From Salinispira sp. (GTDB taxonomy: Bacteria; Spirochaetota; Spirochaetia; DSM-27196; Salinispiraceae), in contig CBDDDG010000001.1 in NCBI GenBank assembly GCA_965226555.1, positions 96,001 to 160,000 of the forward strand: 64,000 bases of DNA. The letters run 5' to 3'. Below the pieces are notes generated by a model. It saw nothing but the letters and a program-made list of their open reading frames with translations. It searched no databases and was not told the origin of the DNA. Shown in pieces: positions 49,141 to 58,442 of this stretch (its first letter is position 1; each line of letters begins with the position of its first letter). Position numbers and translations under genes: made by a program.

Positions 49141-50439
49141 ATGAGCAGAAAAATGAGCCGCTATATTCATGGCAAAAATTTCGTATGTCTTTTTCTGTTG
49201 ATGTTGATGCTGCCGGTGATGTATGTGTTCCCGCAGGATGCCCTTGATGATCTTTTTTCTTCACCGGATGAAACCCTGAGCGATGACGGTGGCGGGGGCG
49301 AGGACGATGGCGATGGCAGCGGCGCTGAGGGCAGCGAGGACAGTGGCGCTGAGGGCAGCGAGGACAGTGGCGCGGACGGTGCTCTCGATGTTCTTGCCGG
49401 TATCAACACCGGCACCACTGTTAAAGGTTCTGTTTCCATGAGCGGCTCCGTGGTTGCCGGTTTTCACAACTGGGATTTTAGCACCGCCGGCGAAACGGTT
49501 TCAGCGTATTATGAACTACAATCGGGTGTTTCGCTCGATGTCCGCCCAACAAAGGAGCTTCGCTTCTTTTCATCTCTGAGCGTTGGGCTCGATGCGGATG
49601 ACGTAAACATTACCGCCCCGGCAATAGGCGCGCTCTTTGTCGATTATACCCTCGCAGATACCGTGTTTTTCAGCTTCGGCAAGCAGGGGCTTACCTGGGG
49701 GCAGGGAAATGTAATTGCGAACCCCGGTAATCTTGTGGACGGCATATCTAATGGAATATCATTAAAAGCCTTCATTCCGCTGGGAAACAACGGCCTGAGC
49801 GTGGTGATATATCCGGGCGGAACAAGCAGCAGCCCCAGGAATTTTGCCTATGCTGCCCTCTTCGAATTTTCGGCGGGGCCGCTCAATTTCGGCCTGTCCG
49901 GAAAGTTTCAGCGGGAGCTGGATCAGGCGCTCAGTGTCAATGCCTATCTCAAAACGGTTATCGCTGGCATCGATGTTGCCCTCGAAAGCCGGGTTGATTT
50001 TGACACCTACCCCGAACGCGAGGGCTATGTGCCGCCGAAAGTGCAGGCGGTCAGTAATGTGTTCTGGGAATCGGATATTGGGATCCGTCTGTTTGGTGAG
50101 TATTTTTTTGCATACGGCCCGCAGGAGGTCATACACATATCGGAAACGGAGACGGTTCCAGCCGAAGCGGGTACGCACATTGGGGGCGTCGGCATGCTCT
50201 TTCCAGATTTGTTTGGAGGCGATTGGAGCCCGGGCCTCCGATGGTTTCATAACTTCAGCGATGGTTCCGGGCAGGTAGCCGCGGGAATAACAGGCACAAT
50301 TGCGCCGAATCTTCGGCTTAACATCGCTATTCCAGCGGTATACGGCGCGTCATACGGACATTATCAGCGAAACAATGCAGACCCTGAAGGGCGCAGATTA
50401 TCCGTAGTAACCCAGCTTACGCTCAGCGCATCATTTTGA
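49141..50439 (+). CDS. Hypothetical exported, probably outer-membrane beta-barrel protein
   Basis: Signal peptide, acidic linker, GKQGLTWG, C-terminal Phe. Confidence 0.7.
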   Translation: MSRKMSRYIHGKNFVCLFLLMLMLPVMYVFPQDALDDLFSSPDETLSDDGGGGEDDGDGSGAEGSEDSGAEGSEDSGADGALDVLAGINTGTTVKGSVSMSGSVVAGFHNWDFSTAGETVSAYYELQSGVSLDVRPTKELRFFSSLSVGLDADDVNITAPAIGALFVDYTLADTVFFSFGKQGLTWGQGNVIANPGNLVDGISNGISLKAFIPLGNNGLSVVIYPGGTSSSPRNFAYAALFEFSAGPLNFGLSGKFQRELDQALSVNAYLKTVIAGIDVALESRVDFDTYPEREGYVPPKVQAVSNVFWESDIGIRLFGEYFFAYGPQEVIHISETETVPAEAGTHIGGVGMLFPDLFGGDWSPGLRWFHNFSDGSGQVAAGITGTIAPNLRLNIAIPAVYGASYGHYQRNNADPEGRRLSVVTQLTLSASF

Positions 50440-50481
50440 CTTTCTGTACAGAACCCTTTATCATGCAGGTTCAGGAGTACC

Positions 50482-51378
50482 ATGATTATACGTGAAGAAC
50501 TCATCCAGGAAATAATGAAAATTATCCTGCAGGCGGGAGATGCGGTGCTTGCCGTGTATAATGACGATTATTCTGTTGAGTATAAGGAGGACAGGTCACC
50601 GGTAACCGAAGCCGATCGGATGTCCGATGAAATTATCCGGCGCAGGCTTGAAAATCTCCAAAAAAACATACCCATTGTTTCCGAAGAAAGCGAACAGCCC
50701 CCAACGAAGGAACGGCAGCAGTGGGAAGAATTTTGGCTTGTTGATCCTCTTGACGGTACACGGGAATTTATGAAGAGAAACGGAGAGTTCACGGTAAACA
50801 TTGCTCTGGTGCGGAAGGAAGAGAATGATTCGGTATGGCTTCCGGTTTTCGGCATTGTGTATGCTCCCATAATGGATGAAGCCTATTTGGGCTGGATATA
50901 TGGCGATTCGCATAATACTGATGTTCTGCCCGGGCAGGCCTATAAAATAATGAATATGAGAAATACCCATGCCTATTGGCGGGAAAATGCACAGCGGCTG
51001 GTTCCACTACGGCGAATGGATCGTGTGAACCTGCCTCTGCACATTGTGAGGAGCAGGAGCCATCGCAATGAGGAAACATCAACATTCATCCGGAAACTGA
51101 AAAATACTATGGGTGAGGTTAAAATAATGCAGCGCGGAAGTTGTCTGAAAATGTGCGAAGTCGCATCTGGAGCGGCGCATGCATACCCCCGATTTTTCCC
51201 GACCATGGAATGGGATACTGCTGCTGCCCATGCCGTATGCAGGGCGGTGGGTGTTTCTGTCATCGATACAGAACACTGCAGGACGCTTACCTATAATAAG
51301 GACGAGCTCCGCAACCCTGGCATTCTCGTTACCGGTATCCGGCAGATTGAGGAATTTTTATGCGGCCATATCAGCTGA
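50482..51378 (+). CDS. cysQ: 3'(2'),5'-bisphosphate nucleotidase
   Basis: SPVTEAD, SEE, WLVDPLDGTREF, EFTVNIALV, PTMEWDTAA. Confidence 0.93.
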   Translation: MIIREELIQEIMKIILQAGDAVLAVYNDDYSVEYKEDRSPVTEADRMSDEIIRRRLENLQKNIPIVSEESEQPPTKERQQWEEFWLVDPLDGTREFMKRNGEFTVNIALVRKEENDSVWLPVFGIVYAPIMDEAYLGWIYGDSHNTDVLPGQAYKIMNMRNTHAYWRENAQRLVPLRRMDRVNLPLHIVRSRSHRNEETSTFIRKLKNTMGEVKIMQRGSCLKMCEVASGAAHAYPRFFPTMEWDTAAAHAVCRAVGVSVIDTEHCRTLTYNKDELRNPGILVTGIRQIEEFLCGHIS

Positions 51379-52265
51379 ATCATCTGCGAACCCTCGAATC
51401 GGAGGCCATATATGTTCTCAGAGAAGTTGCATCGGAGTTTGAACGTCCGGTTATGCTTTTTTCCGGCGGCAAGGACTCAATCTGCATGGCGCATTTGGCG
51501 CGCAAGGCATTTTACCCCGGAAAAATTCCATTCCCGCTTTTGCATGTCGATACCGGACATAATTTTCCTGAAACCATAGAATTTCGCGACCGTTTTATTA
51601 CAGAAATTGATGTGCGGCTTATTGTTGCCCATGTTCAGAATTCTATTGATGCCGGGCGGGTCGTTGAAGAACACGGTCCGCATGCCAGCAGAAATGCTCT
51701 TCAAACGGTTACCCTGCTGGATGCCCTCAGAGAACATAATTATGATGCGGCAATGGGAGGCGCGCGCCGCGATGAGGAAAAAGCCCGCGCGAAGGAACGG
51801 TTTTTTTCCTTTCGCAACCGTTTCGGTCAGTGGGATCCGAAAAATCAACGCCCGGAATTGTGGAATATCTTCAATACGCAGAAACACAAAGACGAACATT
51901 TCCGCGTGTTCCCCATTTCCAACTGGACTGAGCTTGATATTTGGAGCTACATCGCGCTTGAAAATATATCCATACCATCGCTCTATTTCACGCACCGTCG
52001 GGAGGTTCTTTTCCGTAACGGAACAATACTTGCAAACAGCGATGCTATTGAAAAACTTCCCGGTGAACATGCTGCCACTATCAGGGTTCGTTTCAGAACC
52101 ATCGGCGACATGACCTGTACCGGCGCCGTACGAAGTTCGGCGACCAGTGTGGAGGAAATTATATGTGAGCTTGCTTCAACCCGCACGACCGAACGGGGAA
52201 ACCGTACCGACGATAAGCGCAGCGAGACCGCTATGGAAGACCGTAAAAAACAGGGATACTTCTGA
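51360..52265 (+). CDS. cysD: Sulfate adenylyltransferase subunit 2
   Basis: LFSGGKDS, HVDTG, GGARRDEEKARAKER, RFRTIGD, MEDRKKQGYF. Confidence 0.96.
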   Translation: MRPYQLNHLRTLESEAIYVLREVASEFERPVMLFSGGKDSICMAHLARKAFYPGKIPFPLLHVDTGHNFPETIEFRDRFITEIDVRLIVAHVQNSIDAGRVVEEHGPHASRNALQTVTLLDALREHNYDAAMGGARRDEEKARAKERFFSFRNRFGQWDPKNQRPELWNIFNTQKHKDEHFRVFPISNWTELDIWSYIALENISIPSLYFTHRREVLFRNGTILANSDAIEKLPGEHAATIRVRFRTIGDMTCTGAVRSSATSVEEIICELASTRTTERGNRTDDKRSETAMEDRKKQGYF

Positions 52266-52439
52266 CCGCAGCTTTGCCCGCCGCAGATGCGCGCGCTGTG
52301 AACAGGAGCTTTGCTGACCGCAACTTTGCAAAAGTTTCTGATATTGTGTAATATATTGAAAAATGACGGTGGAAATGTGAGAATGTATTGATGTTTCCCT
52401 GAAACATCTTATCAAAACTAACTTTTTTAGGAGAGTAAA

Positions 52440-54590
52440 ATGATACTTTTCAATACACGTACTAAAACAGGGAAGTACTCCCTGTTTGTCGTATTCTTAG
52501 TGGTGCTTGCCGTGCTGCTTGCTGGGTGTCCAATGCCGGAACCAAGCCCTGAACCCGATCCAATGACGGAACCGGAACCAATGACGCCGGGCACCATGGA
52601 CGCCCCAACCCTTGAAGCGGGGAATGGTCAACTAACGGTTAACTGGACTCCGCCCGCTGATAACGGTGGCAGCCCCATTACCGCGTATGAACTTCGCCAT
52701 AGCGATGACGGCGGGAGCAACTGGTCGGAGGATATTACTACAGCCGACGCGCCAGCCGCAAGCGCCGCCATCACGAACCTGACAAACGGCACCCCCTACG
52801 TCGCGCAGGTGCGCGCACGGAACAGCGCGGGCGCAGGCGACTGGTCGGGATCGAGCGATGGAGCAATACCTATTACCGTTCCCCTCGCGCCGAATGCGTT
52901 TACGCTCGCAGTGAGTATGCAAACAATTACCGCGTCATGGGCTGCTCCGACCGATACTGGAGGCAGCGCCATTATTCGCTATGAACTACAATATCGCGTA
53001 GTCGGAACACGCGCGTGGGAATCTGCCACCGCCGATGCCGACACCTACACCCTCACCATCCCCAACCTGACAAAAGGTGCAGAGTATGAGGCGCAGGTCT
53101 ACGCTGTCAATGGTCAGGGCAATGGCAACCCAACGGAAATTATGAAAATAACAATTCCGGCTACCAAACCCGCAGCGCTGTCCGCTCCTACGCTCACAGG
53201 CGGAAACGCCCAGATCACCGCAGCATGGACGGCGCCCGATGACGGCGGCAGCCCCATTACCGAGTACCATGTGCAGCACAGAACAAGCGCCGCTAGCACA
53301 TGGTCAACGACCGATACAGATAACATCGCCACTATTACTGATGGTACCACGAGCCACCCCATTACCGGGCTGACAAACGGTGCCTCCTACCACGTACGGG
53401 TGCGCGCGGTCAACGATATCGGCACTAGCGACTGGTCTACACCTGCAACGGGAACAACGGTAATTTCTGCGACACAGACTACTTCTTCGGGTACGGCAGC
53501 GACGGTAGACCTTTCGGCTGCCGCTATGACCATTATTGCCGATGAGACCCCAACCGTTGCTTTGACCGTGGTGGAACCGGGCACTCTCGCGGTTAGTGGA
53601 TCAGGAGACATTACAGTCACCGCCGCAACTGCGCCCGGTACGGTCACCCCTCCGACAGTTGATTCGGGTACCGGAGCTGTTACGGTTACCGCGACGACAA
53701 CGGCAGGAACATATCTGGTATATGGCAGCAAAGCCGGAGACATACTGTTTGCCGAATATTTTTACGTTACCGTGAGTCCTGCTGATAACGCTGCACTGGA
53801 CACAGCGGTAGCTGCGGGAATAAGTAATTGGGGCAATACTGCCGATCTCAACTACATTGTTACCACGGCAGTAACGGATATGACCGATATTTTCAAGGGT
53901 ACACTTGGCGATCCAAACATGTTCAATGGCGATATCTCCGGTTGGGATGTCAGTAAGGTAACGACTATGGAAAATATGTTCAATTATGCAAGCGCATTCA
54001 ATGGCGATATCTCCGGCTGGGATACCAGCGCGGTAACGAGTATGAACTATATGTTCAGTTACGCATTCGCATTCAATGGCGATATCTCCGGCTGGGATGT
54101 CAGCGCGGTAACGAATATGTTCCATATGTTCGATGGCGCAAGAGTATTTAATGGCGATATCTCACTCTGGGATGTCAGTAAGGTAACGAATATGATCTTT
54201 ATGTTCAGTTACGCAAGCGCATTCAATGGCGATATTTCCGGCTGGAATACTCGCGCGGTAACGAATATGAACTATATGTTCTGGGATGCATTCGCATTCA
54301 ATGCCGATATTTCCGGCTGGGATGTCAGCAATGTAACGGGTATGGGTTATATGTTCAATAGCGCAAGAGCATTCAATGCCGATATCTCGGGCTGGGATGT
54401 CAGTTCGGTAGCGATTACGAGCAATATGTTCAATGGAGCAAGGGCATTCAATCAAAATCTTGAGGAGTGGAAGGATCATTGGTCGACTGCTGCCGGGACG
54501 CTTGATGCCGCTGGCACATACACCGGAAACAAAGCAGATATGTTTACGGATTCCGGCGTAACAGGTAATCTGATTCCGTCATGGTTTTAG
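52440..54590 (+). CDS. Surface lipoprotein with three fibronectin type III domains and BspA/DUF285 repeats
   Basis: Lipobox LAGC; three W..P.D.GGS.I..Y...V.A.N..G FN3 units; FNGDISGWDVS..T.M..MF repeats. Confidence 0.9.
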   Translation: MILFNTRTKTGKYSLFVVFLVVLAVLLAGCPMPEPSPEPDPMTEPEPMTPGTMDAPTLEAGNGQLTVNWTPPADNGGSPITAYELRHSDDGGSNWSEDITTADAPAASAAITNLTNGTPYVAQVRARNSAGAGDWSGSSDGAIPITVPLAPNAFTLAVSMQTITASWAAPTDTGGSAIIRYELQYRVVGTRAWESATADADTYTLTIPNLTKGAEYEAQVYAVNGQGNGNPTEIMKITIPATKPAALSAPTLTGGNAQITAAWTAPDDGGSPITEYHVQHRTSAASTWSTTDTDNIATITDGTTSHPITGLTNGASYHVRVRAVNDIGTSDWSTPATGTTVISATQTTSSGTAATVDLSAAAMTIIADETPTVALTVVEPGTLAVSGSGDITVTAATAPGTVTPPTVDSGTGAVTVTATTTAGTYLVYGSKAGDILFAEYFYVTVSPADNAALDTAVAAGISNWGNTADLNYIVTTAVTDMTDIFKGTLGDPNMFNGDISGWDVSKVTTMENMFNYASAFNGDISGWDTSAVTSMNYMFSYAFAFNGDISGWDVSAVTNMFHMFDGARVFNGDISLWDVSKVTNMIFMFSYASAFNGDISGWNTRAVTNMNYMFWDAFAFNADISGWDVSNVTGMGYMFNSARAFNADISGWDVSSVAITSNMFNGARAFNQNLEEWKDHWSTAAGTLDAAGTYTGNKADMFTDSGVTGNLIPSWF
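53922..54446 (+). repeat. Seven tandem 75-bp (25-aa) DUF285 repeats
   Basis: Each unit starts TT(C/T)AATG(G/C)CGATAT. Confidence 0.92.
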
Positions 54591-54592
54591 TA

Positions 54593-54621
54593 GTTTCATA
54601 GCCCGCAGGGGCTATTGAAAC
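54593..54621 (+). terminator. Hairpin after the lipoprotein gene (terminator or REP-like)
   Basis: GTTTCATAGCCC-GCAG-GGGCTATTGAAAC; a partial second copy TTCATAGCCCGCA lies near 54653; no U-tract. Confidence 0.35.
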
Positions 54622-54708
54622 CCTGCAACTCCGGCAGGCGCGGGTTGGGGTGTTCATAGCCCGCAATGGCCATGAGAAAATTTCTCACCTACTTTCAGGA
54701 ATTGTTAC

Positions 54709-55797
54709 ATGTTTGTATCGACCATTACCTACATTGCGCTTGCCTTTGGCATTAACCTTATGTTAACTCCCATCATCATTCGAATAAGCCATAAATATAA
54801 CTGGTACGATACTCCCGACAACCGGAAAATTCATACCGAAAAAACTCCCCGCATTGGCGGAATAGGCTTATTCCTTTCCTTTAGCCTCTCCGTCCTCGTT
54901 CTTGCCCTCTTCCGCCGCTTCACCGATCAGTTCATACCCATGCAGTTTTTTACAAGCAGAAATCTGCTTCTTTTCCTTGGTTTCATTCTTGTTCATGTCA
55001 TTGGCCTCGTGGACGATTTCCATAACATTCCCGCCTTGTACAAGCTGGGCGGGCAGATTCTTGCGGGCGCCTTCGTTGCGCTCGGGGGAGCGCTTATCGA
55101 TGGAATATATCTGCCGATAGCAGGCATTACTATTCCCCTCGGTCCCATGAGCGGTGTGGTAACAATTTTCTGGCTCATTTCCATTTCAAATGCGGTTAAT
55201 CTCATTGATGGTATGGATGGCCTTGCCGGCAGCACGGTGCTCATTGCCTCCGGGGCAATAGGGCTGGTACACCTGCTTGCGGGAAACAATGCCGGTGCGC
55301 TGTATAGTTTCATACTTTGCGGGTCGGTTCTGGCATTTCTGTTTTTCAATAAACCGCGAGCGCATATATTCATGGGCGATTCCGGTTCGCTGTTTCTGGG
55401 TTTTGTGCTTGGTTCGCTGGCATTTATCGGCCCGGGCGATTCATCGGTTCCTTTACGGCATTTCGAAGAGGGATTTATTATTACTTCAACAGTTTTGATC
55501 ATTCCTATTGCCGATATGTTTGCTTCAATACTGCGGCGTATTAGAATGAAGAAGCCAATTTATGCTCCAGACAAGGCGCACATCCACCATAAACTTTTAT
55601 CGCTCGGTATGTCGCCGAAGGCAATTCTGGCAGTTGTTACTGTCGTCAATCTTCTTATGGCTGGAGCAGTTATTGCTCGGGAGTTTTACATATTGAGGAA
55701 TGAGACAGTTGCGGGAGACATTCTCCTGCTCGCTGCTTGGCTGGCGGTCATTATATTGTTTCTCATACTACATTACGTACATCAACGGCGTGGATAA
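54709..55797 (+). CDS. wecA: Undecaprenyl-phosphate alpha-GlcNAc-1-phosphate transferase (WecA/TagO, MraY family)
   Basis: RKIH..KTPRIGG, GLVDD, NAVNLIDGMDGLA, IFMGDSGS, DKAHIHH. Confidence 0.9.
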   Translation: MFVSTITYIALAFGINLMLTPIIIRISHKYNWYDTPDNRKIHTEKTPRIGGIGLFLSFSLSVLVLALFRRFTDQFIPMQFFTSRNLLLFLGFILVHVIGLVDDFHNIPALYKLGGQILAGAFVALGGALIDGIYLPIAGITIPLGPMSGVVTIFWLISISNAVNLIDGMDGLAGSTVLIASGAIGLVHLLAGNNAGALYSFILCGSVLAFLFFNKPRAHIFMGDSGSLFLGFVLGSLAFIGPGDSSVPLRHFEEGFIITSTVLIIPIADMFASILRRIRMKKPIYAPDKAHIHHKLLSLGMSPKAILAVVTVVNLLMAGAVIAREFYILRNETVAGDILLLAAWLAVIILFLILHYVHQRRG

Positions 55798-55876
55798 GCG
55801 CGCAGACGCCGCAGGCAGGGGCGCAGATAGCTTAGCTCGCGCCCGGATGGATAAATGCCGCTCGCGTATGCACTAT

Positions 55877-57628
55877 TCAAATTGACAATCCCAGAAGAAT
55901 GTTCAGATAGTTTGCGCTCTTGCGGGCATCTTCAACAAGTTCTGCATTCCATACCTCTTCATGGGTGTATCCTATGCCGAGGTCTATACGAAAATCGGGA
56001 GAGATGAGGAATGCAGCATGTATGTCGATGTTGAATTGCAGATTATGCTCAATAAGGTTCTGGGTGAGAAAACGGGTGTAGGGTTGTCCGGTGGGATCCT
56101 CATATGGAGCCTGAAAGGTGGGCGTACTGCCAATGTACCCCGGGTCAAAAAGATCTCCGGCGCTCCCCTGAATAATGCCCTCGCTGGCGTTGCCGTGGCG
56201 TATGAGCTGGATGCCCGCCCCAAGGCGCAGAGTATGGAACCAGTCCGGCAGCTCCCCCGCAAAGGGTCTCGCCGACCAGTTAAGCCGCCAGCGGTCGCTG
56301 TTCGGCTCAAGCCCGGGACCAATGTTTGTTCCCTTATGGGTATAGTTGCTGTAATTCGCTTCACCCCCGCGCTCATTGCCGCTGCCAAACATCTGCGGCC
56401 GTTCATCCCAATGTGTGTACATGTAGGGCATAACAGCCGTGTAGTCGGCAGTTATCTGATCCAGCCACGGGAGAAGGGGAGACCATGATACTCCGCCCTC
56501 GGCTGCGAATTTATATTTGGTGTCGAACTCAAAGCGGTAAATATCATCGGCGCCAATGTCATCAATAAAAATCACCAGAGGAATGCGAAGGCTTTCAACG
56601 GGGCGAAACAGAAGCTCTATGCCCAGCAGCCCGTTATCGCCGTACCCGCTGATCCCCTGCGAGAACTGCAGAATACCCGGAAGGGGGATGAGATACAGCG
56701 GTTCTATCCGCCCGCCCCAGATAATTGTTTCAATAAAGCCGAAGCCGAACCAGGGCAGAAGGTCGGCATATATACTGTGATAGGCGAGAAATTTCTCGCT
56801 GTACACCCCGCGCCCTTCATCATCGCTGGCAACGAGGGCGCTGAACTGCGAACTGAACAAAATGCGCGATGTGAAATTGTTATTGCTGCCGAGGAAATGC
56901 TCATAGCCGAGGATAAAATGCCCCGCTGCAGGCGCCTGAGACGATATAAGTATGCCATCGTCATAAAAGGGGCCGGCATTCGCCCGGTGAATTCCCACAC
57001 TGAAACTGAAGGAGGAGCGTTCATCGCTGCTGGAGAATGACACAATACTATCCAGAAAGCCGACCGGATATAGTAAGCTGTCAAACAGCGGAATGCTGGC
57101 ATCGCCGACCGCAAACCAGTCCTCTGTTTCCCGTTCCCCCGCCGGGAGCGCGGTACTATTCTGCGAATCGAGTAGCAGGCTGATCTGCGGCAGGGTTTCC
57201 AGCCAGAGTCGGGCGGAATCGGAATCACTCAAAAGCCAATGAACACCCGGCCGAATAATGAGGTTTGTGTGAGTTCCTTCCTCAGTGAAGCGGGCTGTGG
57301 GCAGTGCCGTGAAGGAGATTGCGGGACCCTTTCTGAATGTTTCTTTTGTTTCAGAACCAATGAGTCGATCCAAATAGTCCCGCGCCTGTTTTCGCGCGGT
57401 TTCAGGCAGATCGTTACGCGCCAGCATTTCCCGAAGACGTTCGGTAACAATTCCATGCGCATAGGGCTGAATTTTCGGCAGGGAAGCAAGATAGGCGCCT
57501 GCCTCCCATCGTTCAAGGTCCCGGTAGATATCCGACTCAAGATCGGTAAGCGATATGCTTTGCGCGGTAATAAAAAACGGAAGGAATGTGCATATCAACA
57601 GGAAAATACACAGAAAAATATGTTTCAT
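55877..57628 (-). CDS. Wzi-like (capsule assembly) outer-membrane protein
   Basis: Signal peptide; KFLAYH, GFIETIIWGGR, DNGLLG, FIDD, PYMYTH, IGPGLEPNSD. Confidence 0.65.
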   Translation of the reverse strand: MKHIFLCIFLLICTFLPFFITAQSISLTDLESDIYRDLERWEAGAYLASLPKIQPYAHGIVTERLREMLARNDLPETARKQARDYLDRLIGSETKETFRKGPAISFTALPTARFTEEGTHTNLIIRPGVHWLLSDSDSARLWLETLPQISLLLDSQNSTALPAGERETEDWFAVGDASIPLFDSLLYPVGFLDSIVSFSSSDERSSFSFSVGIHRANAGPFYDDGILISSQAPAAGHFILGYEHFLGSNNNFTSRILFSSQFSALVASDDEGRGVYSEKFLAYHSIYADLLPWFGFGFIETIIWGGRIEPLYLIPLPGILQFSQGISGYGDNGLLGIELLFRPVESLRIPLVIFIDDIGADDIYRFEFDTKYKFAAEGGVSWSPLLPWLDQITADYTAVMPYMYTHWDERPQMFGSGNERGGEANYSNYTHKGTNIGPGLEPNSDRWRLNWSARPFAGELPDWFHTLRLGAGIQLIRHGNASEGIIQGSAGDLFDPGYIGSTPTFQAPYEDPTGQPYTRFLTQNLIEHNLQFNIDIHAAFLISPDFRIDLGIGYTHEEVWNAELVEDARKSANYLNILLGLSI

Positions 57629-57631
57629 ACG

Positions 57632-57967
57632 TTATGCATCCCCTTCCCTGACAGCATCTTCTATCTCTTCGATGAGAATTCCATCTTCGTCCGATTTTAT
57701 GTCGATATACTTTAAAACATCCGTGCCAAATTCATCTGATAGTTTGCCAAAGGCACTGGAGATGAAGGAAGATGGATACCCCCACGTACCGTCAAAATCA
57801 ATCCAGACCTTTTTCTTTTCTGCTATTGCCTTTTTTACATTATGCTTTAAATAATCTTCAAAAAACTCCTGCCCGGAAAACTTACCATCGCTTCGTTCCC
57901 GGGCGCCAACAGAATCGCTGAAGTCAGTGGCAACAATAATTTCTATTCTATCCTTTTGATCCTTCAT
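57632..57967 (-). CDS. STAS-like (DUF4325) protein
   Basis: DFSDSVGAR..DGKFSGQEF, IDFDGTWGYPSSFISSAFGKL. Confidence 0.85.
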   Translation of the reverse strand: MKDQKDRIEIIVATDFSDSVGARERSDGKFSGQEFFEDYLKHNVKKAIAEKKKVWIDFDGTWGYPSSFISSAFGKLSDEFGTDVLKYIDIKSDEDGILIEEIEDAVREGDA

Positions 57968-58001
57968 TGCTCCAAACCCTCACTTTGGGATAATATATAG
58001 C

Positions 58002-58031
58002 ACAAAGTTTTGCAAAATGCAAAAGTTTCAG
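58002..58031 (+). repeat. Minimal 30-bp form of the palindromic repeat family
   Basis: ACAAAGTTTTGC-AAAAT-GCAAAAGTTTCAG: both termini of the 130-bp element with the interior removed. Confidence 0.7.
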
Positions 58032-58046
58032 CATATACATCATTTA

Positions 58047-58074
58047 TTGACAGTGTTTCATGAAAATTCATACT
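58047..58074 (+). promoter_or_regulatory. Candidate sigma70 promoter for the rib operon
   Basis: TTGACA-16 bp-CATACT. Confidence 0.45.
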
Positions 58075-58174
58075 GGGGATGATGGGGTCTGCTCAAAGGT
58101 TTATATCCCATATATCCCACGAGTTCTTTTTTTTCCGCTTGATATCATACAGATATTCTGATATATTTCTCGTA

Positions 58175-58316
58175 TTGATTTTCAGGGCAGGGTGATTCTG
58201 GGCAATGTATTGTTCAGAAAATTCCTGACCGGCGGTGAAAGCCCGCGACTCCCTTAGGGGATTGAACCGGTGAAATTCCGGTGCCGACGGTATAGTCCGG
58301 ATGGAAGAAAATCGAC
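58175..58316 (+). ncRNA. FMN riboswitch (RFN element)
   Basis: TTCAGGGCAGGGTGA...AATTCCTGACCGGCGGT.AAAGCCCGCGA...CCGGTGAAATTCCGGTGCCGACGGTATAGTCCGGATGGAAGAA upstream of ribD. Confidence 0.95.
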
Positions 58317-58442
58317 AATTCATGCCGTGCTCATGCTCCGCGTGTTCATTACCTCTGTCATTGATGGTACATTAATTGACGGAGGCAGATTGTTCCTTTC
58401 ATGCCCTCCCTGTTTTTCTATCCTTATTTCAGGAGAGCTGAC

